A stretch of DNA of 64,000 bases from the NCBI GenBank assembly GCA_964508365.1, contig CAZDTP010000011.1:14234-78233 (forward strand). The letters are read 5' to 3'. This DNA comes from an uncultured archaeon (GTDB lineage: Archaea; Asgardarchaeota; Lokiarchaeia; Sigyniarchaeales; SOKP01). Below, in pieces: positions 49,626-60,100 of the stretch (position 1 is the first letter of the stretch; each line of letters opens with the position of its first letter). The translations under genes and the position numbers were made by a program. The notes under the pieces are model-generated. The model saw only the letters and a program-made list of their open reading frames with translations, searched no databases and was not told where the DNA came from.

Positions 49626-51833
49626 ATGCGTAAAGTTCAATTTCCTTTTGTTGCTATTTTAGGGCAAGAAAGAATGAAACTCGGTCTTATATTAAACGTT
49701 ATCGATCCTCAAATTGGTGGAGTATTGTTAACTGGACAACAAGGAACCGGTAAATCTACAGGAGTACGATCTCTTGTAGAAGTCATGCCTGATATTGAAG
49801 TTGTTAAAGATTGTCAGTTTTCGTGTAATCCAAAATCTCATATAGATGATCTTTGCGAAGAATGCCGCGTAAGAAAAGAAAAGGGAGAAATAGAAACTGA
49901 ATCTAAAGAAATGAGGCTCATTAACCTTCCTTTAGGCGTAACCGAAGATATGGTCACAGGATCTCTATCTATAGATAAGGTTTTAACTGAAGGGATCAGG
50001 AGTCTTCACCCTGGACTTCTTGCTAAGGCTAATCGTGGTATTCTTTATATTGATGAGATAAATCTGCTTCAGGATCATATAGTCGATACCTTATTAGATG
50101 CTTCTGCTTCGGGAGTGAATATTATCGAAAGGGAAGGAATTTCGGTTATACATCCCTCTCGGTTTATATTAGTGGGTAGTATGAACCCCGAAGAAGGCGA
50201 TCTTCGCCCACAAATTGCTGATAGGCTAGGTTTAGAGGTAAAAATAAAAGCTCCAAGAGATGCAAAACTACGTGCTGAAATTACTAAAAGAGTAATTGAT
50301 TTTGATGATAATCCTAAAGCATTCATAAAAAAATACGAGCAAGAGCAAGAAGAATTAAGAAAGAAAATCGTTAAAGCCCGTGAAATAATTAAAGATGTTC
50401 AAATTCCATCATCGGTCTATGAATTTGTATCTAAGCTTGTAAATGAATTGGATATTTTCTCACAGAGAGCAGATATTACTTTTATTCGGTGTGCTAGAGC
50501 CCACGCTGCTTTAAAGGGAAGAACTGAAGTTGTAGAAGAAGATTTAAACGCAGCAATGGATTTAGTTTTCGAACACAGGATAAGGTCGCTTCATTACGAA
50601 ATGACGCCACAAGAAGTCAAAGCAAAAATAGTTGAAGTTTACGGGAAGATACAAAAAGCCTACGAGGATCCAAAAACCTATAGGCCAAATAAAGAAACTG
50701 AAGGACCTTTGAAGCATGACGATACACCGCAAAAGGAATTCAAACGTCAATCAGTTGATCCTAAAAAAGTCGATATCCCGGAAACAAAAGAACAGAAGTT
50801 ACCTGCACCCAAATACCCAGATAATAAGAAACGGAACCCTTCTCCTGCTGGAGGTTGGAAAGTAAAAGATATACCAGAATATGACAAACGAGAATTTAAA
50901 TTTTTTGAAACAGGAAACGAATCGCTACCATTAATTTATAAAATGGAAGCCAAAATGACCTCCGTATTGGATAATATCAGAAAAGATAGAAAAGTTTCGG
51001 ATTATGGCGGTAGAGGAATTGGAAGGCGCATAAAAATCGCTTCTTCTCAAAAAGGTAGATATGTATCGTATAGAAGACCCGTTAATCGACCCAAAACTAT
51101 TGCTCTCGACGCAACCATACGGAATTATTTAAAAAATACGATATACAACCAAACAGATATTGAATTTCCTATTAAATTTGACAAATACGATTTAATGGAT
51201 AAAATTTACGAGTATCGAGCTCCTTTAGTACTTTTCTTTGTTCTCGATAGCTCAGCTTCAATGTATTATGTAATCAAACAAATGACGGATGTTATTCTTT
51301 CTCTCCAACGTGAAGGCTACAGAAAAAAGGATAAAATAAGTTTAATAATTTTTAGAGCGAAAGAAGCAGTTGTTCTTCAGACGCCTACCGTTTACTTTAA
51401 ATCTGCTGTAAACAAACTCAAAAAAGTTGAAGGTAAGTCTTATACTCCTATGGCCGCAGCTTTGACAAAATGCTTAAAATTGATTGATGCTGAAAAGCTA
51501 AAGAATAGAAACATAATTCCGGTCGTTTTTGTTTGTAGCGATTTAGGAGCGAATATTTCCTACAAATACCCCGATTTGATCGCTCAAATCCAAACAGATT
51601 ACACTTTAATCGTTAATGAATTAGAAGCGTTAACAAAACAACTCTCGAAAAAAGGAGCACATATGGTGGTGTTAGAACCTAAGAAATCATATGCTACAAG
51701 GGCGTTAGGAGTTAACACATTTGCAGCAGATCAGATAAAAAGGAATTTTAAAAAATATGGAAACGCTGAAATATTCCAATTCGATAGAGTGAATCCTAAA
51801 AACTTGATTTTAGAATTAAAGAAAATTCTATAG
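49626..51833 (+). CDS. Mg-chelatase ChlI/ChlD-like AAA+ ATPase fused to a VWA domain
   Basis: FPFVAILGQ, GQQGTGKS, PGLLAKANRGILYIDEINLL, GSMNPEEGDLRPQ; Pro/charged linker; MIDAS LDSSAS. Confidence 0.88.
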   Translation: MRKVQFPFVAILGQERMKLGLILNVIDPQIGGVLLTGQQGTGKSTGVRSLVEVMPDIEVVKDCQFSCNPKSHIDDLCEECRVRKEKGEIETESKEMRLINLPLGVTEDMVTGSLSIDKVLTEGIRSLHPGLLAKANRGILYIDEINLLQDHIVDTLLDASASGVNIIEREGISVIHPSRFILVGSMNPEEGDLRPQIADRLGLEVKIKAPRDAKLRAEITKRVIDFDDNPKAFIKKYEQEQEELRKKIVKAREIIKDVQIPSSVYEFVSKLVNELDIFSQRADITFIRCARAHAALKGRTEVVEEDLNAAMDLVFEHRIRSLHYEMTPQEVKAKIVEVYGKIQKAYEDPKTYRPNKETEGPLKHDDTPQKEFKRQSVDPKKVDIPETKEQKLPAPKYPDNKKRNPSPAGGWKVKDIPEYDKREFKFFETGNESLPLIYKMEAKMTSVLDNIRKDRKVSDYGGRGIGRRIKIASSQKGRYVSYRRPVNRPKTIALDATIRNYLKNTIYNQTDIEFPIKFDKYDLMDKIYEYRAPLVLFFVLDSSASMYYVIKQMTDVILSLQREGYRKKDKISLIIFRAKEAVVLQTPTVYFKSAVNKLKKVEGKSYTPMAAALTKCLKLIDAEKLKNRNIIPVVFVCSDLGANISYKYPDLIAQIQTDYTLIVNELEALTKQLSKKGAHMVVLEPKKSYATRALGVNTFAADQIKRNFKKYGNAEIFQFDRVNPKNLILELKKIL

Positions 51834-51876
51834 ATTTTACTTAAATTCTTAAATTTCTACAAATATATTACTTTAA

Positions 51877-53124
51877 ATGGATTTAAAAGAAATTTCAGTT
51901 TTAGTTGCTGGATTTAACACCCGGCCGTTAGTTTATTCCTTAAGCAGAGCGGGATACAAAGTATATGCGGTTGATTTCTTTGGTGATTTAGACCTTTATC
52001 CTTATGTTAAAGACTGCTTAATTCTTACTAAGAAATTAAACGTAAACTATGAATTAGTTAAAAATAATTATAGTGAATACCTCCCCCTTTTAATTTTGGA
52101 ACTTTTAGGCAAGTATCCTGAAATCGGAAACCTGATTATTGGAAGTGGTTTAGACGACCATATAGAAGAGAGAGCTCTTATTTTAAAAGAGATAAAACGA
52201 GAGAAGTACAATATTCATAACCTTAATAACGAATTAGAAGTGATTAAAAAAAGCCGAAATATCGAATTCATTTTAAATTGTTTAAAAAAAAAAGGTTACG
52301 ACGTACCACTAACAGTTTCATTCGATGATTTTAAATCCGACTTTAACAAGTTAGAATATCCAATTATTTTAAAGAAGAAGAGTGGTTCTGGTGGAACAAA
52401 TGTGTATAAAATACAAAATAAATTCGATCTCGCTTTCACCATCAACCTTATTAGTAAAGGAACCTTTGAACCAAAAGATTGGCTGATTCAGGAATATATC
52501 GAGGGGAATCCAGTTAGCTGTACGACAATATCTAATGGAATTGAAAGTAATTTAATTTCGGTAAATCATCAGATAATTGGAGATAAGTATCTTAATGCTC
52601 CAAAAGAATTTATGTATTGCGGAAATGTTGTTCCTGCTAATGTATTCGCAGAAGAAAAAGAACTGATAGTTGATATTTCGTTGAAACTATCAGCCGAGTT
52701 AGGTTTAAAGGGAATAAATGGATTCGATTTCGTGCTAAGAAACCACTATCCATATTTAATGGAGATCAATCCCCGAATTCCAGGATCAATTAGAGCTTCT
52801 GAAGAGGCAATGAACATAAATTTATTAGATTTGCATATAAAGAGTTTTACAGACAAGGGATGGGAATTCGTTAAAAAGACGCTGAAGGATGCGAAAATCG
52901 AAAATTTTACAACCAAGATGATTTTCTTTGCTCCTAAAGAAATCAATAAAAATCTATTAAATAAAATCAACGACTTGGAATATATTCACGATAAGTCAGA
53001 ATCAGTTAAGAACATTTATAAAAGCGAACCAGTTTGTACTATTTTATTTAAGGCTAAATCTTTTTCTGAATCTTATTTAGGTAGCTTAAAAGTAGTAGAT
53101 AAGATAAAGCAGATAATTAAATAG
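51877..53124 (+). CDS. ATP-grasp family ligase
   Basis: AGYKVYAVDFFGDLDL, PIILKKKSGSGG, LIQEYIEG, GINGFDF and EINPRIPGS. Confidence 0.82.
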   Translation: MDLKEISVLVAGFNTRPLVYSLSRAGYKVYAVDFFGDLDLYPYVKDCLILTKKLNVNYELVKNNYSEYLPLLILELLGKYPEIGNLIIGSGLDDHIEERALILKEIKREKYNIHNLNNELEVIKKSRNIEFILNCLKKKGYDVPLTVSFDDFKSDFNKLEYPIILKKKSGSGGTNVYKIQNKFDLAFTINLISKGTFEPKDWLIQEYIEGNPVSCTTISNGIESNLISVNHQIIGDKYLNAPKEFMYCGNVVPANVFAEEKELIVDISLKLSAELGLKGINGFDFVLRNHYPYLMEINPRIPGSIRASEEAMNINLLDLHIKSFTDKGWEFVKKTLKDAKIENFTTKMIFFAPKEINKNLLNKINDLEYIHDKSESVKNIYKSEPVCTILFKAKSFSESYLGSLKVVDKIKQIIK

Positions 53125-53132
53125 CCTAAGAA

Positions 53133-53870
53133 TTATTGTTTAATAATCATTTTGATTTTAGCTATATAATTTCTTAGGACTTTCTCATCTCCTTCAGCCA
53201 CAGCAATTGCAAGTATTCTGCTCTCGTCTAATTCGTGGATAATAATCGAACCATGATCTCCACCAATTATCGAGAATTCTAGACCTCCATCCAATAAAAT
53301 TCCTGCTAAATTATAGATTGCGGAAGTCATTGCGGATATAATCGGTTCTGGCATAGTAGATTGAACTTTAATGGGTAAACCATCTTTGGTGATGATAGCA
53401 ATGACTAGCGCATTAGGAATTGCTCTTTTAAGAGCCACAAAGATTTCTTCCTTGATGAGATCACTCGTTTCTATGATTGCTGACATTTTTATAGCGAACT
53501 TTCTTAGCGACCGTATGTAAAAATCTAATCCTTCAAGTTCTGCTAATTCACGGTCTAAATAGGCAATGAGTGCCATAAAATCAGTGAGCATTGATAAAAT
53601 AATCCTTTTTTTCCCTGTTATTAAGGTATATGAGCTTTTTTGGTTTAAAGAATCGTGTAGCATTTTGGAAGATAAAAAAACTAAACTACTACTCGCTGCA
53701 GAGATTTCGGTTTTAGTCATTAATATGTCATCTTTTAAATCGCTAACGATATGAGTGCCTCCATGCGTGGAAATAGAAATTCCAAGAATGCTCTTATGAT
53801 CTTTTATTTCTTTGTTTAATAATTCTGATAATTCTTGACTTAATAGTTCAATATTGTCCTCTTTAGACAT
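53133..53870 (-). CDS. Tandem Roadblock/LC7 domain protein
   Basis: Two ~115-aa units, each with a beta-hairpin (ISISTHGGTHI; AIITKDGLPI), a helix (ISAASSSL; ISAMTSAI) and three strands. ATG53870 is preferred. Confidence 0.8.
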   Translation of the reverse strand: MSKEDNIELLSQELSELLNKEIKDHKSILGISISTHGGTHIVSDLKDDILMTKTEISAASSSLVFLSSKMLHDSLNQKSSYTLITGKKRIILSMLTDFMALIAYLDRELAELEGLDFYIRSLRKFAIKMSAIIETSDLIKEEIFVALKRAIPNALVIAIITKDGLPIKVQSTMPEPIISAMTSAIYNLAGILLDGGLEFSIIGGDHGSIIIHELDESRILAIAVAEGDEKVLRNYIAKIKMIIKQ

Positions 53871-53943
53871 GGAAATCTTCAAATTCTTTAAGTTTTAATA
53901 TTAACATCATAGTAATAGGAATAAAATTTAAACATATTCTTTT

Positions 53944-54228
53944 ATGGAAATCATAAATAATGCATATGTAATAATATTAGCAGCGGGAAAAGCGAAGAGA
54001 TTATCACCACTTAATAATCAAATACCTAAACCTTTAATTAATGCTATTAATGAATCTATTTTGAGCGAATCTCGAGTGAAAGGAATAGAAATAATTGATC
54101 ACGATGTAATAAATGAGAATGTAGGCAGATATCATATAACTTACCTAAGTGATATAGAAAAAATGAATGAAATATTTCGAGAAATTGAAAAAAGAAAGAA
54201 AATTAAGAAGAGTGATTCTATTAAGTAA
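53944..54228 (+). pseudogene. Internally deleted sugar-phosphate nucleotidyltransferase remnant
   Basis: N-terminal IILAAGKAKRLSPL...PKPL signature joined directly to a C-terminal-like segment; only 94 aa. Confidence 0.65.
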
Positions 54229-54356
54229 GCTTTTTTATTCAATTTTGCAACTCGAGATTGAAATAAAAATATCAATTACCTAAGAATTAAAAAGCATTTC
54301 TTTTATTATATTTCTTAAAATATAAAGAAAATTCAAGTTTTTTAGGATAAGAAAAG

Positions 54357-55238
54357 ATGGGAGAAGACGATATTATTCTCGATCTACGAGATCAGCTCAA
54401 AAATGCATTGAGAAAGTTCGAGGAGTACGATTTAAAATTAAAGAGTAAAGAAGAATTAATAAATAATTTATCCAAATCTTTGGAACTAAAAGAAGATCAG
54501 ATTAAAACAATGATAGACTCGATGAATTTAAAAGAACAGCACAATGACACATTAAATACTTCCTTGCAAATAAAAAACGAGAAAATTAAAGATTTGGAAA
54601 AGAGTATTAGAGCTCTAAATGAAAAAATTAAACTATTAAATACCTCTACTGTTGATAAAGATATTATAGCTGAGAAAGAAGATGAATTAGAAGAATATAA
54701 GAATAAACTGGACATTTTGAAGGGAGAGTTAGAAAAACAAGAAGAAGATCTTGATGCGTTAGAGGCTGAAAACGAAAAATTAAGAAATGACCTTGCTTCG
54801 AGCTCAAATCCTCAAATCATTGATTGGACATATGTTGAGATTCCTAAAGAGGTTATATTGAAAAAAATTCGAGATATACTTTCTAATGCTGTTCATAATG
54901 TTACTATTGCAGTTCCCGACATTAAAGATTTACAAGATCTGCATTTATATGAAGTAAGATCCTCTGTAAATATGAAAATTCAATGTTATATTGACCCTAG
55001 TCTTGAGGATGACGAACAATTACTAATGGAATTTGAAAGCCTTGATAACATAACTATTCGAATGTATGAAGACAAGGATAGATTCTTAATAGATCGTGAT
55101 GGAGCAGAACTATTATTTTCCATAATCGGAGAAGAAGAAAATAATAATTTAGTGATTCACACAAAGGATGTGAAACATCAAAGATTACTACGAAGTCTCG
55201 TTATGGAAGGATGGTTACGAGCAAGAAAATTAGATTAA
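54357..55238 (+). CDS. Coiled-coil protein with a C-terminal TrmB/PLD-like alpha/beta domain
   Basis: About 145 aa of heptad-rich sequence, then ILSNAVHNVTIAVP...RFLIDRDGAELLFS. Confidence 0.65.
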   Translation: MGEDDIILDLRDQLKNALRKFEEYDLKLKSKEELINNLSKSLELKEDQIKTMIDSMNLKEQHNDTLNTSLQIKNEKIKDLEKSIRALNEKIKLLNTSTVDKDIIAEKEDELEEYKNKLDILKGELEKQEEDLDALEAENEKLRNDLASSSNPQIIDWTYVEIPKEVILKKIRDILSNAVHNVTIAVPDIKDLQDLHLYEVRSSVNMKIQCYIDPSLEDDEQLLMEFESLDNITIRMYEDKDRFLIDRDGAELLFSIIGEEENNNLVIHTKDVKHQRLLRSLVMEGWLRARKLD

Positions 55239-55263
55239 TGTTATTCACTAATCTAATATTGAA

Positions 55264-56124
55264 TTATATTTCGATAAATGTTCTTCTCCTTTTTTTATAA
55301 TGTGCAAAATGAGTAAAGCCTATATTTTTTAACATTTTAGTAATCTTCTTAAATTCGTAACCTACTTCAGTTGGCATGTGAGCATCTGAACCTAATAATA
55401 TAGGGATATCCAAGTCGTAAATAATTTTTATAATGTCTATACTAGGATATTGTTCCTTAACTTTTTTTCTCAAGCCACTAGTATTGATTTCTACTGTAAG
55501 ATCACGTTTTTTCACAAATTCAAGAGTTTCGATTACTTTTTCCATAACCCTATCTTTATCTTCAACTCTTTTATCAAATTTTTTTGGTAAATCGAAGTGG
55601 GTGACAATATCTAATTCAAATGTGGGTGATTTAATCATAACTTGCAGAGAATTATAGAATTCTATATAAATCTCATCGTTAACTTCGTATTCTTTATATT
55701 TATTTAAGAAACGCCCATCATCGAATGCGAATATGCCTGCTTTTCCAAAAAGAACATGAACAGACCCCAAAATGTAATCCAATTCATTGATATAGTTTTT
55801 TAGATATTTGTTGAGTAAATGGTCTTGATGTTTAAAGAAATCAATCTCGAAAGCAGACCTTACATGTATTTGATTCATATATTTCTCTTTTAGATTATCT
55901 ACTTGAAGGATATAATTTTCTAAATCATTTGTGGGCATTGCGTAACCTTCATAGGGAATATCCTCAAGAGAAGGAATTTCTGATCTTAAATATTCATAAG
56001 GAAAATGATCACTAATTCCGATAAGATTCAGACCGCGCTCAATAGCCATTTTTATGTAATCTTCAATTGAACCAACGGCATGTCTGCAAAGAGAATTGTG
56101 AGTGTGCCAATCTTCAAATTGCAT
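55264..56124 (-). CDS. PHP-family histidinol-phosphatase (HisJ/HisK-like)
   Basis: DWHTHNSLCRHA, GISDHFP, DYILGSVH, THFDLPKK, EINTSG and LGSDAH. Confidence 0.9.
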   Translation of the reverse strand: MQFEDWHTHNSLCRHAVGSIEDYIKMAIERGLNLIGISDHFPYEYLRSEIPSLEDIPYEGYAMPTNDLENYILQVDNLKEKYMNQIHVRSAFEIDFFKHQDHLLNKYLKNYINELDYILGSVHVLFGKAGIFAFDDGRFLNKYKEYEVNDEIYIEFYNSLQVMIKSPTFELDIVTHFDLPKKFDKRVEDKDRVMEKVIETLEFVKKRDLTVEINTSGLRKKVKEQYPSIDIIKIIYDLDIPILLGSDAHMPTEVGYEFKKITKMLKNIGFTHFAHYKKRRRTFIEI

Positions 56125-56222
56125 TTTGATACGAGCTTAGTATTAATGGAATTATTCTAATATCTAATACAATTAATTAAATTAGATAAATTTTTGTTAA
56201 ACTACTATTAAAGGGAAATTGA

Positions 56223-57029
56223 ATGGAATTTAAAGAGAAGCAGTACGACGGAAACTACGAAATTTCAGAGGTTGAATTTTATAATGAAAACCAAATTTTT
56301 AAGGGTTTATTATATTTTCCTCCAGATCATTATCAAAAACCCTACTCATTAATTATTTATTTTCATGGATTTCCGCAACTCTCCCCATTAAGTGAAATCA
56401 TTGAAAACTACAGCTACCTTCTTGATATGGGTTATTCCTTTTTGGTTATGAGTTTTAGAGGGTATAATTTTACTCCAGGGGAAATCTCGATCTCATCTCA
56501 GATATCCGATGGTTTAAAGGTAATAGAGTTTATTCATTTAATGGTAAAAAAAGGAATATTTAAAAAGAATAATATCAACATTCTTGCTCATGATTTTGGG
56601 GCTTATACTGCTCTCATTTTGGCGAGCAGAGTAAAATTCTTTAATAAATTGCTATTATTGAGCCCGATTATTAATTTAGAAAAGCATATAAACCACATTG
56701 ACTTCTCAAAATCACTTCATTATATTAACCGATTCCTTCCTGGATATGTAAAAGGTATACAAGATGTAGATAATTTTATCGAAATGACGAAAAATGAGTT
56801 GAAACAGAAAAAATATCAGATTAAAGAAATAATCAAGGGCGTAAATGTAGATAAAATTAGAATTATTAGTGGTAGTGATGATCGCATTACTCCAATGGAT
56901 GAGATTAACGAATACATCCGAAATCCTTTAAAAAATGTTGAACATATGATTATCAGTAGAATGGCACACGAGCCTTATAAAGAAGATGAATTTAACGAAA
57001 TCAAGGAAATGATTAAGAATTTTTTTTAA
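56223..57029 (+). CDS. Alpha/beta-hydrolase with Asp at the nucleophile elbow
   Basis: FHGFP, LAHDFGA, SGSDDRIT and MAHEP. Confidence 0.75.
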   Translation: MEFKEKQYDGNYEISEVEFYNENQIFKGLLYFPPDHYQKPYSLIIYFHGFPQLSPLSEIIENYSYLLDMGYSFLVMSFRGYNFTPGEISISSQISDGLKVIEFIHLMVKKGIFKKNNINILAHDFGAYTALILASRVKFFNKLLLLSPIINLEKHINHIDFSKSLHYINRFLPGYVKGIQDVDNFIEMTKNELKQKKYQIKEIIKGVNVDKIRIISGSDDRITPMDEINEYIRNPLKNVEHMIISRMAHEPYKEDEFNEIKEMIKNFF

Positions 57030-57124
57030 CTTATTACGATGAATATCAAATATTGAATTATTCATAAGGCAAAATTTTTTAAGAACAAAAAAGAATTAAG
57101 ATACTTACTACAAGCAATTTTTTA

Positions 57125-60100
57125 ATGGGTGAGAATAATTTGAGTCCTATAAAAAAATCAAATTTAAATATAAATGAGTTATTCAAATCAGAAGAAAAGC
57201 TTACTTTCTTAGTTGGAGCAGGAGTTTCAGTTGATTCACCGTCTCAATTGCCTTCAGCTAGTAATATGATGAAAGCACTAATTAAGTTTTCCTGTACTAG
57301 ATCTGAGGGTGAAAAAATTCTAAGCATTCAAGAATTAAGCTTTGAGACCTTATTAGGGATAATACATAATTCGCTCCATGATGATTTTACATTTTTAGAT
57401 TTTTATTTGGAAAGCGATAAACCTAATATCGAACATTTTGTTTTAGGTGAAATGCTCAAAAAAGGACATTATGTTATAACAACAAACTTTGATTCTTTAA
57501 TAGAGCATGCTCTACTTCAAACAGACTATCCTAAAAAAAAAATAGTTCCAGTTATTACTGAAAGAGATTACCAAAAGTTCAGTGATCCAGAAAAATTGTA
57601 TAAAAATAAAAGAATTCCCATTTACAAACTTCACAGCTCTCCCAAAAATATAATCACCGGAGAAGATACCCGTGAGTCTTTTATTAATACCTTAAAGCTA
57701 ATTGGATCAAACCAAGATAAGAACAATATCATTCAGTTAGAGCCGTTCAAAGCTCAAATGATAGAACGGATTTCAAATGAACGTACACTGATAATTATGG
57801 GGTACTCAGGAAAAAATGATAATGATCTTATTTCAACTCTTAAAACTATGAAAGCATTGAAAAACTTGATATGGATCAATCATAATGCAAACAGTAAAAC
57901 TAAAGGAGACCTCTATGAATATAACAAACCCGAGAACAGGGATTTAAGCAGTTTGGATGATTTAGATCAACAACTTATGGAAATTAAAAGATTAAATGGT
58001 TCTGTTAACATATTTCGGTTAAACACTAATACACCTAAATTTCTGGAGAATCTTCTAGATAAAAAAGAGGAAATCAGTAAGGAAAAATTTGAATTGAAGT
58101 TAGCCGATTGGCTTAAGGATAAACTTAATGAACCCTCCGAATTAACCAAGCTATATATCTCTAATAAGATTTATTTTGAAACTAAGAATTATATCGACGC
58201 TCTCCGGTGTTTGGAGAGAATATATCAGTTAAGTGATGAATCTGGAGATAACCATTGGAAAGCAATATCTCTAATGGAAATGGGGATAGTTAACTATGAA
58301 CAATCAAATTATGGGGACGCATTAGATTGGTTACGCAAATCTTTACAAGTTCAAATTAAATCGAAATTAATGCCGGAACGGGCGTTGATTTTTAAATACA
58401 TCGGCTTTGTGCATCAAGCACAGAGAGAATATTCCGATGCGATAAAAAATTTTGATTTAGCACTGAAGGAAATTGAAAAAAATAAAGATCTCAAACAAAT
58501 GTCAGATATATACAACAATCTAGGCTTAATTTATCAAGAACAACATAAATATGAAGAGGCTTTGATGAATTTCGAATCAGCAATAAAAATTAATGAGAAA
58601 TTTGAAAATCTTAGTAAAAAAGCATTAAATTTGAAGCTTAAGGGGAGAATCTATTATTTAAAAAAAGATTTTAGCGAAGCTTTAAAGTACCTTCAAACCG
58701 CATTAAAAATTTCCGAACAATTAGAAGATATCGAACAAAAAGCAGAGATTTTGAATATAATTGGACGATTAACTCATGAAATTGGAGATTCTCTCACTGG
58801 GTTGGAGAAATGTAATGAATCACTTAAGCTTTACAAACTTTTAGGTGGAATTGAAGGAGAGTTGGATGCCTTAAACGCTATAGGAATAATTTATAGGGAT
58901 CAATGGAATTATGTTAAAGCATTTGATTACTTTGAAGAAGGATTTCAAATTGCTGAGAGTTTAGGAAATGTGTATTTAAAGGCTAAATTTATGTGCCAAA
59001 TAGGGACTATTTTTCAAAATCAGAATAAATACTTTGATGCGCTAAAATGGTTTGAAGATTCTTTAAACTTTTTTAACCAGATTGGAGATATTCGAGGAGA
59101 AGTTGATGTTCTTATAAAGATGGGACTAATTTACAAGGAACAAAAAGTATACTTAAAAGGGTTAAAGAAGTTCGAGAAAGCTCTGCAAATATATAATCAA
59201 CTAGAAGATTTAAACAATAAAGCTTCCACTTTGATTGCTCTTGGACAAATTTTTCTCGATCAAAGAAACTTTTCAGAAGCATTTAAAAACTTCCAGGAAG
59301 CTCTTCAGCTTTACGGGATAACTGATAATCCTGAGGGGACAGCTGATACTTTAAAAAACATTGGGAATCTCTATGCTGAACAAGCTAATTTTCAAGAGGC
59401 ATTAAACAGATATAATGATGCTCTAGTAATTGTTATAGACATTGGAAAAACTGAAAAAAAAGCAGATCTTCTTAACCGGATGGGAGTAATTTTTCAAGAT
59501 CAAGGCGATTATCCTCAAGCTAAACAGAAGTTCGAAGAAGCATTAGATCTCTATAGAAATCAGAACAATATGGAGGGGCAAATTGAAAGTCTTCATTTAA
59601 TTGGAATAAATTATCATTATGTAGAAGAAAATGATATAGCCTTAAAGATGATTGAAGAAGCTATAAGAATATCTGAACAAATCGGTAATTTATATAAGAA
59701 AGCAATGTGCTTAAAAATAACTGGCAAGATTTATCGGGAACAATGGGATTTAATAGAGGCTTTAAAGCGCTACGAAGAGGCGTTATTGATTGCAGATCAA
59801 CTAGGGCATTTAGAAGAACAAGTGGAAATTCTTAGTATTATAGGAGAAATATATCAAGCTCAGAAGCATTATCCCGAAGCGGTAAGAAGATATAATGAAG
59901 CAATCTATGTCGCAGAAAGTTTAGGTAACCTTGAAATTAAAGCCGATATCTTTGCGAGCATAGGGGATATCTATTACGACGAGGATAAATATCTTGAAGC
60001 ACTAAACTTGTACGAAGAAGCTTTAAATATCGACGAACAACTAGGAAATATGAAGGGAAAGGCGTATAGGCTACTTAGCATCGGAAATATATTCTTTGTC

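Noticed and set aside
49626-51833. Chlorophyll or cobalamin synthesis implied by the chelatase-like ATPase
   Set aside because: No chelatase H/N subunit or tetrapyrrole genes are in the window, and ChlI/D-like AAA-VWA proteins occur widely without that role.
7338-58149. Remaining short ORFs nested antisense within long genes (e.g. 7338..7580, 13238..13504, 27100..27321, 28757..29128, 37992..38339, 50075..50326, 57967..58149)
   Set aside because: No motifs, atypical composition, and complete overlap with confidently identified CDSs.
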